Source: Roseibacillus sp. (GTDB lineage Bacteria > Verrucomicrobiota > Verrucomicrobiia > Verrucomicrobiales > Akkermansiaceae). Taken from it: DNA of 64,000 nt. The position numbers and the translations under genes were made by a program. The notes under the pieces are model-generated. The model did not search any database and was not told the DNA's origin. It worked only from the letters and a program-made list of their open reading frames with translations. The stretch spans positions 160,001 through 224,000 of the forward strand of contig CBDEUM010000013.1 in NCBI GenBank assembly GCA_965242925.1, given 5' to 3'. Positions 49,375-60,473 of this stretch are shown one piece after another; position 1 is the first letter of the stretch; every line of letters begins with the position of its first letter.

Positions 49375-50487
49375 TCAGGAAGCGGACGCCCGGTTGCGAT
49401 ACCGCAGGTAGCCCAACACCCCGAAGGCGAGCAGGTTGAAGACCACCAGCCCGATCAGCAGATTTTTGTATCCCGAACCCTCCCGGGTGTCGCCGGCCCC
49501 GGACTCCTCTCCCGGGTTGAAGGTCACCACCTCCAGGTTGCGCTGGATGACCTCACTGTCAGCGGTGATCTCCTCAACCTTGAGGATGGCGTCCCAGTTG
49601 CGCTGGAAGAGAAGATCGTAACCGGGGTTGCCTTCCTTCACCTGGCATGAGCAGGCCCCGCAGAGATACTCGCAGGCTCCCACGACGAGCTCTGCCGTCG
49701 CCTGCGAGGCGGCCATGCCCCCGAAGGTTCGGCCGCGGCCGAAGACCGGGACGATGAGAGGCTCGTCCAGGGCCAGCACCTCCGGTTCCACCAGCATGGT
49801 CAAAAAGAGCGCCTCGGCGGGGTCGTCGCGCGAGACCACCTCGTTCACGAAGGAAATCTCGAGGGGAACATCGGAGCGCAGGATGTTGTCGGGGTCGATG
49901 TTGATGTAATCCTTGTTGAGATCCTCCCGCCGGATAATCCCCTCCGGCAGCTCCAGGACCGCGCTGGCCTGCTTCACCCCGTCCTCCAGAACCGCGCGGG
50001 CCTTCCGGTCCTTCTCGGGATCCCCGCACTCCACCAGCACCCACACCGCCGAGACCCCCTTCACGAGGTGCTCCCCGCAGCGCTGCCGCAGGGGAGAGTC
50101 CAGCATCCGTTCCACGTTCCCGACCGTGGCCTCTCCCACCCAGACCGGCTCCCCGGTCTTCCAGCTCCCGGGCGGCATCAGGACGAGGGTCGGTTCCTCC
50201 CCGGCGTGATCGAGAGCGGGCAATGAGATGCGTTGCGCTTCCGTGAGGGTGTCGAGATCGACGTGTTGCAGGCGGAGGTTGATGGCGCTGGAATTCGCCG
50301 TGAGGGTTTTCTGGAGCTCGATAAGTTTCTCCTGCAGCTCTCCCTTGAGGGGTCCCCTGGAGGTCACCAGCAACTCGAACTGGTCCGCGGGCCACCGTTC
50401 GAGGGCGAAGCGGAAGACCGGGACCTGGCAGGCCAGGACCGCCCCGGCCACCAGCAACCAGCATAAGAGCACCGTCTTCGTCTTCAT
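49375..50487 (-). CDS. Exported hypothetical protein with Cys motifs and C-terminal TM anchor
   Basis: Signal peptide then ACQVPVFRFALERW, PVFGRGR, YLCGACSCQVK..NPGYDLL. Confidence 0.7.
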   Translation of the reverse strand: MKTKTVLLCWLLVAGAVLACQVPVFRFALERWPADQFELLVTSRGPLKGELQEKLIELQKTLTANSSAINLRLQHVDLDTLTEAQRISLPALDHAGEEPTLVLMPPGSWKTGEPVWVGEATVGNVERMLDSPLRQRCGEHLVKGVSAVWVLVECGDPEKDRKARAVLEDGVKQASAVLELPEGIIRREDLNKDYINIDPDNILRSDVPLEISFVNEVVSRDDPAEALFLTMLVEPEVLALDEPLIVPVFGRGRTFGGMAASQATAELVVGACEYLCGACSCQVKEGNPGYDLLFQRNWDAILKVEEITADSEVIQRNLEVVTFNPGEESGAGDTREGSGYKNLLIGLVVFNLLAFGVLGYLRYRNRASAS

Positions 50488-50588
50488 CCGTTCTCCGATT
50501 CTCCCCGGACTGGCCCCACAAGTCGAGGACCCAAACGGGCAAGATGGAAATGCATTGCCTAATGGCGGCCCCTGGCGACACTGCGCGG

Positions 50589-53500
50589 ATGAGATTCAGG
50601 CTCCTTCGCCACGTACTGCTGGTGGCCCTACTCTCCCACGGAAGCGCCCGCAGCGAAGACTGGCCGACCTACCGCCACGACTACGGCCGGAGTGCCGCCA
50701 CCGGAGAGAAACTCCCCCTGCCACTCCGGCCCCTCTGGACCTTCCGCTCGCGCCAGTCCCACCGCACCCCGCTCCAGAAGGGCGAGCTCCACCTCGAAAT
50801 CACCCCCGAGTTCAACAAGCACAGCCTTTCCCTCACCGCCGCGGGTGACCTGGTCTTTTTCACTAGCGTGGCGGAAGGGCGCCTCGGCTGCCTTGAGGCC
50901 GCCACCGGCAGGACCCGCTGGGAATTCGTGGCCGGCTCGGCCATCAACCGCAGCGCCACCATCGCGGGGGGCCGGGTCTACGTCGGAAGCGACGACGGCT
51001 CACGTCTACTGCCTGGCCGCCGACACCGGCTCGCTCATCTGGAAGCACAAGGCCTCCCCCGCCGAACGCTGGATGTTTTCCTTCAGCCAGCTGACCTCGG
51101 TCTGGCCGGTGCGCACCGACATCGTGGTCGACAAGGAGCGTGGCCTACTTCGGGGTGGGCGTCTTCCCACACGACGGCACTTTCGTGTGCGCCCTCGACG
51201 CCAAGACCGGCAAACGCCTCTGGCGCAACGGAATCCAATGCGAAACCCTCAACCGCTGGAGCCTCTCGCCGGTGGGGCACATCTACCTCACCGAGCACAA
51301 CCTCTACATGCCCATGGACTTCAAGCAGTTCCACTGGGCCCTCTTCAACAGCTACAAGCGCACGGACGGCACCTACGACGCCTGGGCCGGCACCGACCCG
51401 GACAACCCGGCCGGCTACGGGGAACCGTTCTATCCCCTCATGGGCGCCATGCACGGCGGGCGCCGCTACCGCGGCAACGAGGCCCACACCGTCGAGATCA
51501 TCGTCGACGAGAAATCCAAGAAGAAGAACTACAAGCTTGAGGGTCTCTGGAATGTCGAAACCAAGGGCTACCACTGCGACCTCGACTCCGTGATGGGCAT
51601 CCCCGTCATGCGGGGAACCGTCACCCGCTACGACCCCGACATGTGCCCCGTCATCTACGCCGGCGGCACCGTCTTCAGTGCGGCCTTCAAGAACAACGGG
51701 GAAAAGGGCGCGAGCGGGAAACTCTTCGCCCGCCACCCGGACGACCGGCAAGGAACTCTGGTCCCACGAACTGGCCGAGTGGCCCAACCAGATCATCGCC
51801 GCCAACGGACGCCTCTTCGTGAGCACGCGCGACGGCCGGATCCACGCCTTTGGCGGGGCCGGGGCCACCCAACACGGCACCATCGAGGAAGGAGCCGACC
51901 AGGACGTCCTCCCCACCGACCCCTCCCTTACCGCCGCGGCCGACGAGATCGTCCGCATCGCCCGCGAAATCCGGGGCGAGGAACCGGTGGGCGAAGCCCT
52001 CGTCCTCGACTGCGAGACCGGGGCCCTTGCCATGGCCCTCGCCGCCCGCACCAAGCTGCGCCTCTACGCCATCTTTGCCAGTGAGGAGAAGGCCCGGACC
52101 GCCCGCGAGACCTTCAACCAGGCCGGCCTGCACGTCTCCCGCCTCACCGCCCTCCACCTCCCACCCGGGGACAAGCTCCCCTACCCCTCCCGCATGATGG
52201 ACTTCCTCTTCTCCGAAGGGGCCCTCCTCAGTGGCACCCTGCCCTCCGATCCCGCCGAACTCGCCCGCCTCCAGAAGCCCCTGCGCGGCGTGGCCGTCCT
52301 CGGCGGGGCGGACAACTCCGCGAACACCATGCCCCAGTGGGCCACCGCCTCGGGCCTCAAAGACTGGAACATCCGCACCGGGGCGAAGGACACCGCGTGG
52401 GCCACCCGGCGCGCCCCCCGCCTGCCCGAGGGAGGAGGCTGGACCCACGCCCTCGGTGACGCTGGCAACACCATGTGCAGCCACGACGGCGTCCTGCGCG
52501 CCCCCCTCGGCATCGCCTGGTATGGCCCCCCCTACTCCAGCCGCGGCCGGAAGGGGATCTCCCCGCCCATCATCGTCGACGGCGTCCTCGTGACCCAGTT
52601 CCAGGACTACATCCACCACACAATCGCACCGAAGGTCAACTTCACCCAGGGCCACGACCAGTACACCGGGCGCAAGCTCTGGCAGCGCCCCAACTCCATG
52701 ACCGACACCATCGCGCAACCCGGCAGCATCTTCCAGCGCTTCCTCGAGGTCATCGTCCAGATCGATCCCTGGACCGGAAAGGAGATCCGCCGCTACATGC
52801 CGCCCTTCGAGGGGGGCCACTGGAGTGCGATGGCCGCCGAGAGCGACGGGAGCCGCTTCTACCTCCGCTGCGCCGGCAAGAAGGACGACAAGGACTGGGC
52901 CTTCATCATGGCCGTCGACCCGGTCACCGGCAAACCCCTCTGGAACCTCGGGGGCCCCGACCAACCCGAACAATGGCCCGCCTGGAACGCCATCGCCGAT
53001 GGCCGCCTCTACTTCCTGCGCGGCAACGCCGAGGGCGCCCGCCGGGCCGAGGCCATGGCCGCGATGAAGGCCCTCCTCAAGAACATGCCCGGCAAGGACT
53101 ACCGGGAATTTGAGGCCAAGCTCGAGGAACACACCTACCAGGTCCTGCAAGCCGTCGATGCCGCCACCGGCAAGATCCTCTACGAACGCGGGGTCGACAC
53201 CTCCAACGCTGGCGGCGGATGGACCCGCAGCGTGGTCACTGGCGGACGACGCAGCTACCAGCCCCACCTCGGCGGAGCCGTCATCGCCCACGGCGGAGTC
53301 GTCCTCTTCGCCAGCGTGGCCGGCGCCGACAAGTCCTGGGCGGTCTGGCCCACCGGCGGCTACCAGGCCCGCGCCCTCGCCGTCCACGACGGCGCCACCG
53401 GCAAGCTCCTCTGGTACCGCTTTGCCAACTACCGGGCCCGCCCGGTCATGACCAAGGACTACGTGGTCGCCGAACCGTGGGCCTTCGACCTCAAGACCGG

Positions 53501-54380
53501 CACCCCCAAGACCCGCCAGCACCCCATCACCGGCGAGGAAGCGCAGTGGGCCTTCTGCCGCTACAACAAACAATGCGGCACCTTCGCCGGGTCGCGCCAT
53601 CTCATGTTCGGGCGCTCCCGCGGCATCGGCTACCACGACCTCCTCGGCGACGACGGCCTCTACACCTTCCTCCACAGCCGGGCCAGCTGCTGGATCGACA
53701 CCTCCAGCGGGGGCGGGATGATGATCAAGCCGCCCCACGCCATCGGCTGCAAGTGCGAGGTCTCCATGCCCTTCACCGTCGCCCTCGCCCAGGTCCCCCA
53801 GCAACCGGCCGTGCCCCAGACCTTCGCCCAGCCCGGGGCCGAACTCCCCGTCCGCCACCTCCACCTCGACCTCGGCGGCACCGGCGAGCGCCGCGACCAC
53901 GAGGGCAACCTCTGGGTCATCCCGCGCCCCGGCGAGCACCTGCTCCTCCTCCAGTTCAACGCCACCCCCACCTTCGAGGAACAGGGCGGGCCGGTCCGGC
54001 GCAGCGGGAACTACACCCCCATCGCCAACACCAAGCGCCCCTTCCTCTTCGCCTCCGCCCTGCGCGGCATGAAGGAGTGCCTCATCCCGGTCACCACCCC
54101 GGAAGCTGGCCCTTTCCGCTACCGCGTGCGCCTCGGCTTCTCCGCCCTCCCCGGCGACCAGCCCGGCCAGCGCGTCTTCGACGTCCTCCTCAACGGCAAG
54201 CCCGTCCTGCGAGACTTCGACATCATGAAGGAAAGCGGCCAGCCCGACTACGCGGTCTGGAAGGAGTTCGAGCTCGAGATCGCCAAGGACCTCACCGTGG
54301 TCCTCACCAGCAAGACCGGCACCGGCTCGGTCGACCGCATGCCCCTCATCAGCGCGGTACAGGTGTTGCGGGTCGAGTAA
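50589..54380 (+). CDS. Large exported PQQ-like beta-propeller protein with a degenerate methyltransferase-like middle and malectin-like C-terminus (about 1260 aa); three +1 frameshifts (~50999, ~51136, ~51741)
   Basis: EDWPTYRHD, CLEAATGRTRW, CALDAKTGKRLW, LPYPSRMMD, WTHALGDAGN, GQRVFDVLLNGKPVLRDFDI. Confidence 0.8.
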
Positions 54381-54411
54381 CGGGGCTCCCCCACCTGGAA
54401 TCAACCCCGCC

Positions 54412-55488
54412 ATGACCCTTTCCCGAGAAACTCCTCCCCTCCCGGCCCTCCTCGCGTTCTCCCTGCTGGTCGCCTCTCTCCTCCCCGCTGGCGCCAATGA
54501 CACCGCTTTCGGCGGCTCCGCGGCCAGCCCCTATCCCGTCCACACCAGGGAAATCCGCATGGTCTCGGAAGACATCACCATCAGGAGTGCTGCATTTGGA
54601 GCCTGGCTCTACACCTGTGATTTCGTCTTCGAGAACCTCTCCGAGGATCCCGTTACCATCCTGATGGGGATGCCCTTTTTTCGCATGAGTGAGGGAGAGG
54701 AAGACTTCATCGCCAGCCATCCAGCCGATGAGCAAGCGGTCCCAGTAGGAAAACCGATGGTCTGGAACTTCACCGCCACGGTGGACGGGCGATCCGTCCC
54801 GGTCACCGAGGGAAAACCCACCGTGAAAGACCTTTCCGGAACCCTTTACAGGACCGCCTACACCTGGCCGATGCGCTTTGACGGTCGCGCCCCCCGGAGC
54901 GTCCGCCACGTCTACAAGCCTGGACGGGTCCCCGGGCCAAAAAGGCGCAATCATGCCATCCGGCGCGTCCGCAACACCTACAAGCTCGGCTCCACCGACA
55001 GTCTCGGCTCCACCTACCTCGACTACATCCTGAAAACCGGAGCCCTGTGGCATGACGGAAGGATCGGAAGATCCCGCCTCCGGGTCATCCTTGATTGGCC
55101 TTCCTGGGTTCTCCCGAAGAAGACCCCGGGCGGGCTCTTTGCTATAAAGCCTGCAGGCTACAAGGTGACCGGCGTGGGTGGGAAAATCGTCATCGAGTGG
55201 GATCTCAGGAACTTCGCCCCCAAGGAAGACCTCGCGGTTGCCTTCCGCAGCCGGGAATACTTCATCCGGGACCACGCCGAGAAGATGAAGCACGCTGACC
55301 CGCGGAAACTACGCAACCTCCCCTACGCCGCCCACGGCTACGTCTTCAGGGACCAGGGCCTCCGGGACTACTTCGCCACCCTCCTCTATCCCTCCGGGAA
55401 CACGGCCTTCAAGGAATCGGACTTCTCGAAGAACTCCCGGGAACTGATCGCCACCGTCAAACGCCTCGAGGCCAAGGATAACCGGTAG
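54412..55488 (+). CDS. Exported DUF4424-like plus YARHG domain protein
   Basis: ANDTA..IRMVSEDI, YILKTGALW..IG, LRNLPYAAHGYVFRD..LRDYF. Confidence 0.75.
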   Translation: MTLSRETPPLPALLAFSLLVASLLPAGANDTAFGGSAASPYPVHTREIRMVSEDITIRSAAFGAWLYTCDFVFENLSEDPVTILMGMPFFRMSEGEEDFIASHPADEQAVPVGKPMVWNFTATVDGRSVPVTEGKPTVKDLSGTLYRTAYTWPMRFDGRAPRSVRHVYKPGRVPGPKRRNHAIRRVRNTYKLGSTDSLGSTYLDYILKTGALWHDGRIGRSRLRVILDWPSWVLPKKTPGGLFAIKPAGYKVTGVGGKIVIEWDLRNFAPKEDLAVAFRSREYFIRDHAEKMKHADPRKLRNLPYAAHGYVFRDQGLRDYFATLLYPSGNTAFKESDFSKNSRELIATVKRLEAKDNR

Positions 55489-55508
55489 GGCCCCTTCGCC
55501 ACCCAGCC

Positions 55509-56087
55509 GTGAGGAACATCCTCCCCTGCCTGACCTGCCTTCTCCTCGTCGCCTGCGGCACGGTGAAGGACGGGAACCCGCAACCTCCGGCCACCGATCA
55601 AGCGCACAAGGCCCCCGTGACCGACAAGCATCCGGCTGGCATCCGGTTCCACCCGGTCAAGGGCCTCTCCAACAAGATCACCGGCAACCGCGAGGTCATG
55701 AAAGCCTCCGTGAACGGACGGGAAATCGTCGCCACCCTCACCTGGAGACCCTACCGCGCGGACCTCGATGGCAAGGTCGCGACCTGGTATGGCGACATGA
55801 CCCGGCCCCCGCCCCGCTTCGTGGTCGACTCCCTCGCCCTCACCGTCGACGGCACCACCCTCCCCATCCCGCAGTCCCGGACCCGCTCACTCTGCTCCCA
55901 GTGGGAGCCGAAGATCCCGAAACTCCTCCTCTTCACCAGCGGGAGCAACCTCGGCCTGACCGTCGACGTGGGCGACGGGGCCGAAAGCTGGACCAGCAGC
56001 TACCTCCTCGATCCCGCCCCCCTCAGCATTCTCTCGCACCAGGTCGAGGATGGTCCCACCTTCCACAACTTCTTGGTGGAATACTGA
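55509..56087 (+). CDS. Hypothetical lipoprotein
   Basis: Lipobox LVAC; codon style matches neighbours. Confidence 0.65.
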   Translation: MRNILPCLTCLLLVACGTVKDGNPQPPATDQAHKAPVTDKHPAGIRFHPVKGLSNKITGNREVMKASVNGREIVATLTWRPYRADLDGKVATWYGDMTRPPPRFVVDSLALTVDGTTLPIPQSRTRSLCSQWEPKIPKLLLFTSGSNLGLTVDVGDGAESWTSSYLLDPAPLSILSHQVEDGPTFHNFLVEY

Positions 56088-56146
56088 TCTCCGGGCCCCG
56101 GCTCCCTCGACCGCATGACGGCGTCAAGCATCACCGATCCGGGAGA

Positions 56147-57544
56147 TCAGGCAAGGATGTCCTTCACGACATGACCATGGACGTTGGTGAGGCGGCGCTC
56201 GATGCCGTTGTGGTAGAAGGTGAGCGCGGTGTGATCGATGCCGAAGAGGTGCAGCATGGTGGCGTGGAAGTCGTGCCAGGTGAGAATGTCCCTGGCGGCC
56301 TTGTAACCGATCTCGTCGGTCTCGCCGTAGCTGATTCCGGGGCGCAGGCCGGCACCGGCCATCCAGATCGAGAAGCCGGCGCTGTTGTGGTCGCGTCCGG
56401 TGCTGTTCTCTCCGGGCTTGGATTCGGCGAAGGGTGTGCGACCAAACTCGGTCGTGAAGGTGACGAGGGTGTCTTCGAGCAGGCCGCGTTGTTGGAGGTC
56501 GGTGAGGAGAGCGGCGACGGGTTGATCGATGCGGACCGCCTCGCGGCTGTGATTGGGGATCATCTTCTCGTGAGCGTCCCAGCTGGCGCGGGGCATTCCG
56601 CCGAGAGGACCGCCAGAGAAGAGCTGCACAAAGCGCACGCCGCGTTCCAGGAGGCGGCGGCCGAGGATGCAGTTGCGCGCAAAGTCGGCAGTAGGTTGTT
56701 CGTCCAGTCCGTAGAGCCGCCGGATAGACTGCGGTTCGCTGGCGAGGTCGCTCATTTCGGGCACGGAGAGTTGCATCTGAGCGGCAAGTTCGTAGCTACG
56801 CAAGCGAGCCTCGAGAACCGCATCGACCCCACCGAGACGCGCGAGTTGTTGACGATGCATGGCCAGGCGGAGGGTGTCGGTATCCCGGGTGAGTTCGGCA
56901 CTGACAGATTGCGGCGGAAAGAGGTCGCGAACGGGATGACCTTTGGCTTGGAGGGGCACACCCTGGTGGCTGGCGGGTAAGAAGCCATGTCCCCAAGTGG
57001 AGACCCCGCCGCTGGGATTGCCCCGGCGATCGGCGATGACGACATAGGAGGGCAGGGAGTTGGTCTCGGCCCCGAGACCGTAGGAAAGCCAACTGCCAAC
57101 GGTTGGGAATCCGTTGACCGGGAACCCGCTGTTAGAAAGAAAGAGCGCGGGAGTGTGCAGGTTGGTGGTGCCCTGCATGGAGCGAAGGACGGTGAGCTGG
57201 TCGGTAACTTTGGCGAGATGGGGGAACAGGGAGGAAACCCAGAGACCGCTTTGGCCGTGTTGGCCAAATTCCCAGTTGCTTTTGCGGAGCATCCCAACGC
57301 GATGGAAGTGCTTCTTGGTTTCGGCGGGCGGGGCGTTGCCGTGGAAGGTTGCGAGCTCTGGCTTGTAGTCGAAGGAGTCGACCTGGCTGAGGCCACCAAC
57401 GAGGCAGATGTTGATAGCGCGCTTAGCGACGGGGCGGACAGGTTGGCGGTGGGATTCCGCGTGTAGCAAATGAGCAAAGGCGGTGGCGCCCAGGCCACAG
57501 GTGCCGAGGTTGAGGAAGCTGCGGCGATTGAGATCCGTGTTCAT
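56147..57544 (-). CDS. DUF1501 family protein with Tat-like N-terminus
   Basis: LNRRSFL, GGLSQVDSFDYKP, RRLLERGVRFVQL, WDAH, EFGRTP, GRDHN. Confidence 0.92.
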   Translation of the reverse strand: MNTDLNRRSFLNLGTCGLGATAFAHLLHAESHRQPVRPVAKRAINICLVGGLSQVDSFDYKPELATFHGNAPPAETKKHFHRVGMLRKSNWEFGQHGQSGLWVSSLFPHLAKVTDQLTVLRSMQGTTNLHTPALFLSNSGFPVNGFPTVGSWLSYGLGAETNSLPSYVVIADRRGNPSGGVSTWGHGFLPASHQGVPLQAKGHPVRDLFPPQSVSAELTRDTDTLRLAMHRQQLARLGGVDAVLEARLRSYELAAQMQLSVPEMSDLASEPQSIRRLYGLDEQPTADFARNCILGRRLLERGVRFVQLFSGGPLGGMPRASWDAHEKMIPNHSREAVRIDQPVAALLTDLQQRGLLEDTLVTFTTEFGRTPFAESKPGENSTGRDHNSAGFSIWMAGAGLRPGISYGETDEIGYKAARDILTWHDFHATMLHLFGIDHTALTFYHNGIERRLTNVHGHVVKDILA

Positions 57545-59343
57545 TCCACGACAATAAACTCACTACTATTGAAAAGGGCACGTCCCAGCGCGGCCAAGCC
57601 GTGGTTCTCGACCAGGGTGAGGGCGGCGTTGTGTTCTTCCTCGGCGGGTGGTCGGCCCACGGCGAGAATCCATGCCCGTTCGATCTGCGATTCGAGTTCG
57701 GCCCCGGCCTCCTTCTTCAGTCGGTCAGCAAAGTGATCGGCCATGCGCCAGATGAAACTGTTGTTTTGCAGGCTGAGTGCCTGGAGTGGAGTCGTGGTGA
57801 CGCTGCGGCGGGGAGCGGTACCCGACGGATCGGGACAATCGAGGCAATCGAGAAGAGTGCTTCGTTCACCGCGAGGAGAAAAGCGGTAGATGGTACGACG
57901 ATTGAATTCGGCGCCAACGGGATCGATCGGGAGATAGAAGTGGGCGCCGCCATTGACGATAGTCTTGGTGTCGTGGAAGCCTGGTCCTCCACGTTTTGGG
58001 TTGAGGACGCCAGCGACCGCGAGCAGGGCATCGCGAACTGCTTCGCCTTCGAGGCGCTTGGGAGGAAAGCGCCAAAGGAACCGAGCTTCCTGATCGATGG
58101 CGGCGGCTTTCTGGCAGTAGGTAGCGGCCTGGCGATAGGATTGAGAGGTGACGATGAGGTGGTGCAGCTTTTTCAGGGAGTAGCCATTTGTCCGAAACCA
58201 ATGGGCAAGCCAGTCGAGGAGCTCCGGATGGCTCGGCGGGCCTCCGCTCTTTCCGAAGTCGCTGGGGGTGGACACGATTCCGGTTCCAAAGTGGTAGTGC
58301 CAGATGCGGTTGACGATGACGCGGGTGAAGAGGTCATTGTCTGGATGTGTGATCCACTCCGCGAGTTTCTTTCGGCGTTCAGAATCGTTGGAGCCGGCAT
58401 CGAGCGCGAAGTCCGAGCTGGGATTTGCAAGGGCGGAGAGTCCACCGGGACTGACCTCTTCGCGGGGCTGCGTGGTATCGCCGCGGTGAAAGACGTGCAT
58501 GACTTCCGATTTCTTTGAAACGACGGAGTAGCTTTTTTGCTTGGTCTTGGGGACGGGGTGACGGGTTCCTGCCAATGCAGCGGCAAGGCGGTAGTAGTCG
58601 GCGGTGGGAATGGGATCGGTGGGATGGTCGTGGCAGCGCGCACACTGGGCTGTGATACCGAGAAAGGCCTGGCTTAGCGTACCCACCATTTCCTCCAGTC
58701 CATCGTGACGTTCCTGGGCCGACATGATGTCGTTGGCTCCACTGGGAGAGCGATGGACGCCAGCGACGAGGAAGCCAATTGCTTCCGCCTTGCCCGCGAG
58801 TTGTTCCCGGGCGAATTGGTCGTAGGGAAAATTGTCGTTGAGGGCCTGGATGACCCAGTCGCGATAGGGCCAGGCATTGCGGCGGGGTTCGTTGTACTCA
58901 AAGCCGTTGCTCTCTCCGTAGCGAGCGACATCGAGCCAGTGGCGTGCCCAGCGTTCGCCGTAATTGGGAGAGGCGAGAAGGTCGTCGACGATGGCGCGGT
59001 AGTTTGTGTCCGAGGGGTCAGCGGTGAACTTCTCCAGAAGCTCGGGGCTTGGCGGCAGCCCGACGAGATTGAACGAGAGCCTGCGGATGAGGATGCGTGG
59101 AGTGGCGGGAGGGGAGGGCGCGAGCCCCGCCTCGTCGAGCCCCTTCAGGATGAAGCGATCGATGGGGTGGTGCAACCAGGAGTCGGGTCCATCGTTCGGG
59201 GGAGGAAGAGCGATTTTTTGGGCGGCAGCGAAGGCGTTCCAGCTGCGCGGCTGTTCGGCACGGAGCTCGCTACTCGCAAGGAGCAAGTAGAGGGTCAGGA
59301 CTGGAGCGAGAAATCGCAAACCAGCGCAGTGTCCGTCCAGCAA
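57541..59343 (-). CDS. DUF1549/DUF1553 (PSCyt2/PSD1) protein with CxxCH
   Basis: PIDRFI, YGERWARHWLDVARY, CARCHDH, VNRIWHYHFGTG, PSHPELLDWLA, EAVRD, EFIVVE; start uncertain. Confidence 0.9.
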   Translation of the reverse strand: MLDGHCAGLRFLAPVLTLYLLLASSELRAEQPRSWNAFAAAQKIALPPPNDGPDSWLHHPIDRFILKGLDEAGLAPSPPATPRILIRRLSFNLVGLPPSPELLEKFTADPSDTNYRAIVDDLLASPNYGERWARHWLDVARYGESNGFEYNEPRRNAWPYRDWVIQALNDNFPYDQFAREQLAGKAEAIGFLVAGVHRSPSGANDIMSAQERHDGLEEMVGTLSQAFLGITAQCARCHDHPTDPIPTADYYRLAAALAGTRHPVPKTKQKSYSVVSKKSEVMHVFHRGDTTQPREEVSPGGLSALANPSSDFALDAGSNDSERRKKLAEWITHPDNDLFTRVIVNRIWHYHFGTGIVSTPSDFGKSGGPPSHPELLDWLAHWFRTNGYSLKKLHHLIVTSQSYRQAATYCQKAAAIDQEARFLWRFPPKRLEGEAVRDALLAVAGVLNPKRGGPGFHDTKTIVNGGAHFYLPIDPVGAEFNRRTIYRFSPRGERSTLLDCLDCPDPSGTAPRRSVTTTPLQALSLQNNSFIWRMADHFADRLKKEAGAELESQIERAWILAVGRPPAEEEHNAALTLVENHGLAALGRALFNSSEFIVVE

Positions 59344-59520
59344 CCCGTGGTGAAAAGAAAAAGATGAGGTTACCCCTGCTACTTCAAATAGACGCGTCCC
59401 GCTTACCTGCCCGACAGGAAAGGGTCAGCATCAATACCTCACGCCCGGGGTATGCGGGAGTTCTTCCGGTCCTGCCAACCGTGTCCTAATGGTGCAGAAC
59501 CATGCAAACACCCCACTCCC

Positions 59521-60456
59521 TCATTCCCCGGCCCACTGGATGGGGTGCCGGGAGAGAATCTCCTCTTCGAACCCAGCTTTGAGTTCCTGGCGGAGACGGG
59601 ACTGTTCGTTCCTTTTCAGGGTTGCGGCAACCGACTCGAAGGAACGCGTGACAGCCGACTTGCGGTCGACCAGCCGGACGAGGAAAACGCCCTCCGGACG
59701 GATGGTCACCTCGGAAATCTCTCCCTTTTCCCCGAGGGAGAAGGCGATCGCAGCCACGGCCTTGCTCCACGGATCGAGATTGCCCTCGCGGCCCAGCCAT
59801 CCGACCAGTCCGCCCCGGAAGCGGCTGGCGGAGTGCTCGGAATAGTCGGCGCCCAGCACCGAGAATCCCTTCTCCGGGTGGTCGGCGATATCCTTGTTCT
59901 CCAGGGCGAACTTGCGGGCCTCATTCAGGCGTTTCTCATAGCGCTGGGCCTTGTCCGGGTCGGGGCCGCTGTCGAGCCAGAGGACGGCAACCTGCCGGGT
60001 CTCGGGTGACTGGAAGCGTTTGATCTGGGCCTGGTAGAGTTCGCGCAGTCGCTCCTCGGAGACCTCCGGGGCCTGCTTGAGGAGGGGATTGAGTTTGCTC
60101 TCGCGCAGTCGCGCCTCCAGGAGACGATTGACCTCGGCATTCACCACCGGGTCATCAGCGAGCCCGGCCTCGATGGCTTCGTGGGCGAACTGGGCCCGCC
60201 GGACAAGATCATCGAGGGCGATCTGGCGGGTCTTTTCGTCGGTGCGTCCTCCGTAGTGTTCCCCAAGGTGGTGGGCGAGGTCCGTTTCATGGACCACGAT
60301 CGAACCCACCCGGAAGAGTTCGTCTGTTCGTTGCTCCGGGGGTGGGGTCGAGGCTTCAGTGCTGCTTCCAGGGTCCCTGCAGGAACTCAGTGCAACCAGA
60401 AGGCAGAGAATGGCGGGGACGCAACGAATCCCAGCGCGTACTCCCGCAACGGTCAT
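59521..60456 (-). CDS. Parvulin/PpiC-type peptidyl-prolyl isomerase-like lipoprotein
   Basis: Lipobox LSSC, FQSPETRQVA, FSVLGADYSEH..SRFRGGLVG, GEISEV..GVFLVRL. Confidence 0.8.
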   Translation of the reverse strand: MTVAGVRAGIRCVPAILCLLVALSSCRDPGSSTEASTPPPEQRTDELFRVGSIVVHETDLAHHLGEHYGGRTDEKTRQIALDDLVRRAQFAHEAIEAGLADDPVVNAEVNRLLEARLRESKLNPLLKQAPEVSEERLRELYQAQIKRFQSPETRQVAVLWLDSGPDPDKAQRYEKRLNEARKFALENKDIADHPEKGFSVLGADYSEHSASRFRGGLVGWLGREGNLDPWSKAVAAIAFSLGEKGEISEVTIRPEGVFLVRLVDRKSAVTRSFESVAATLKRNEQSRLRQELKAGFEEEILSRHPIQWAGE

Positions 60457-60473
60457 GGCCCTGTGGTGAATAA

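Noticed and set aside
1118..54503. Many long antisense or alternate-frame ORFs (e.g. 1118-3295, 31017-33065, 40011-42089, 46670-49123, 51687-54503)
   Set aside because: Shadow ORFs of well-supported genes in GC-rich DNA, with no recognisable motifs
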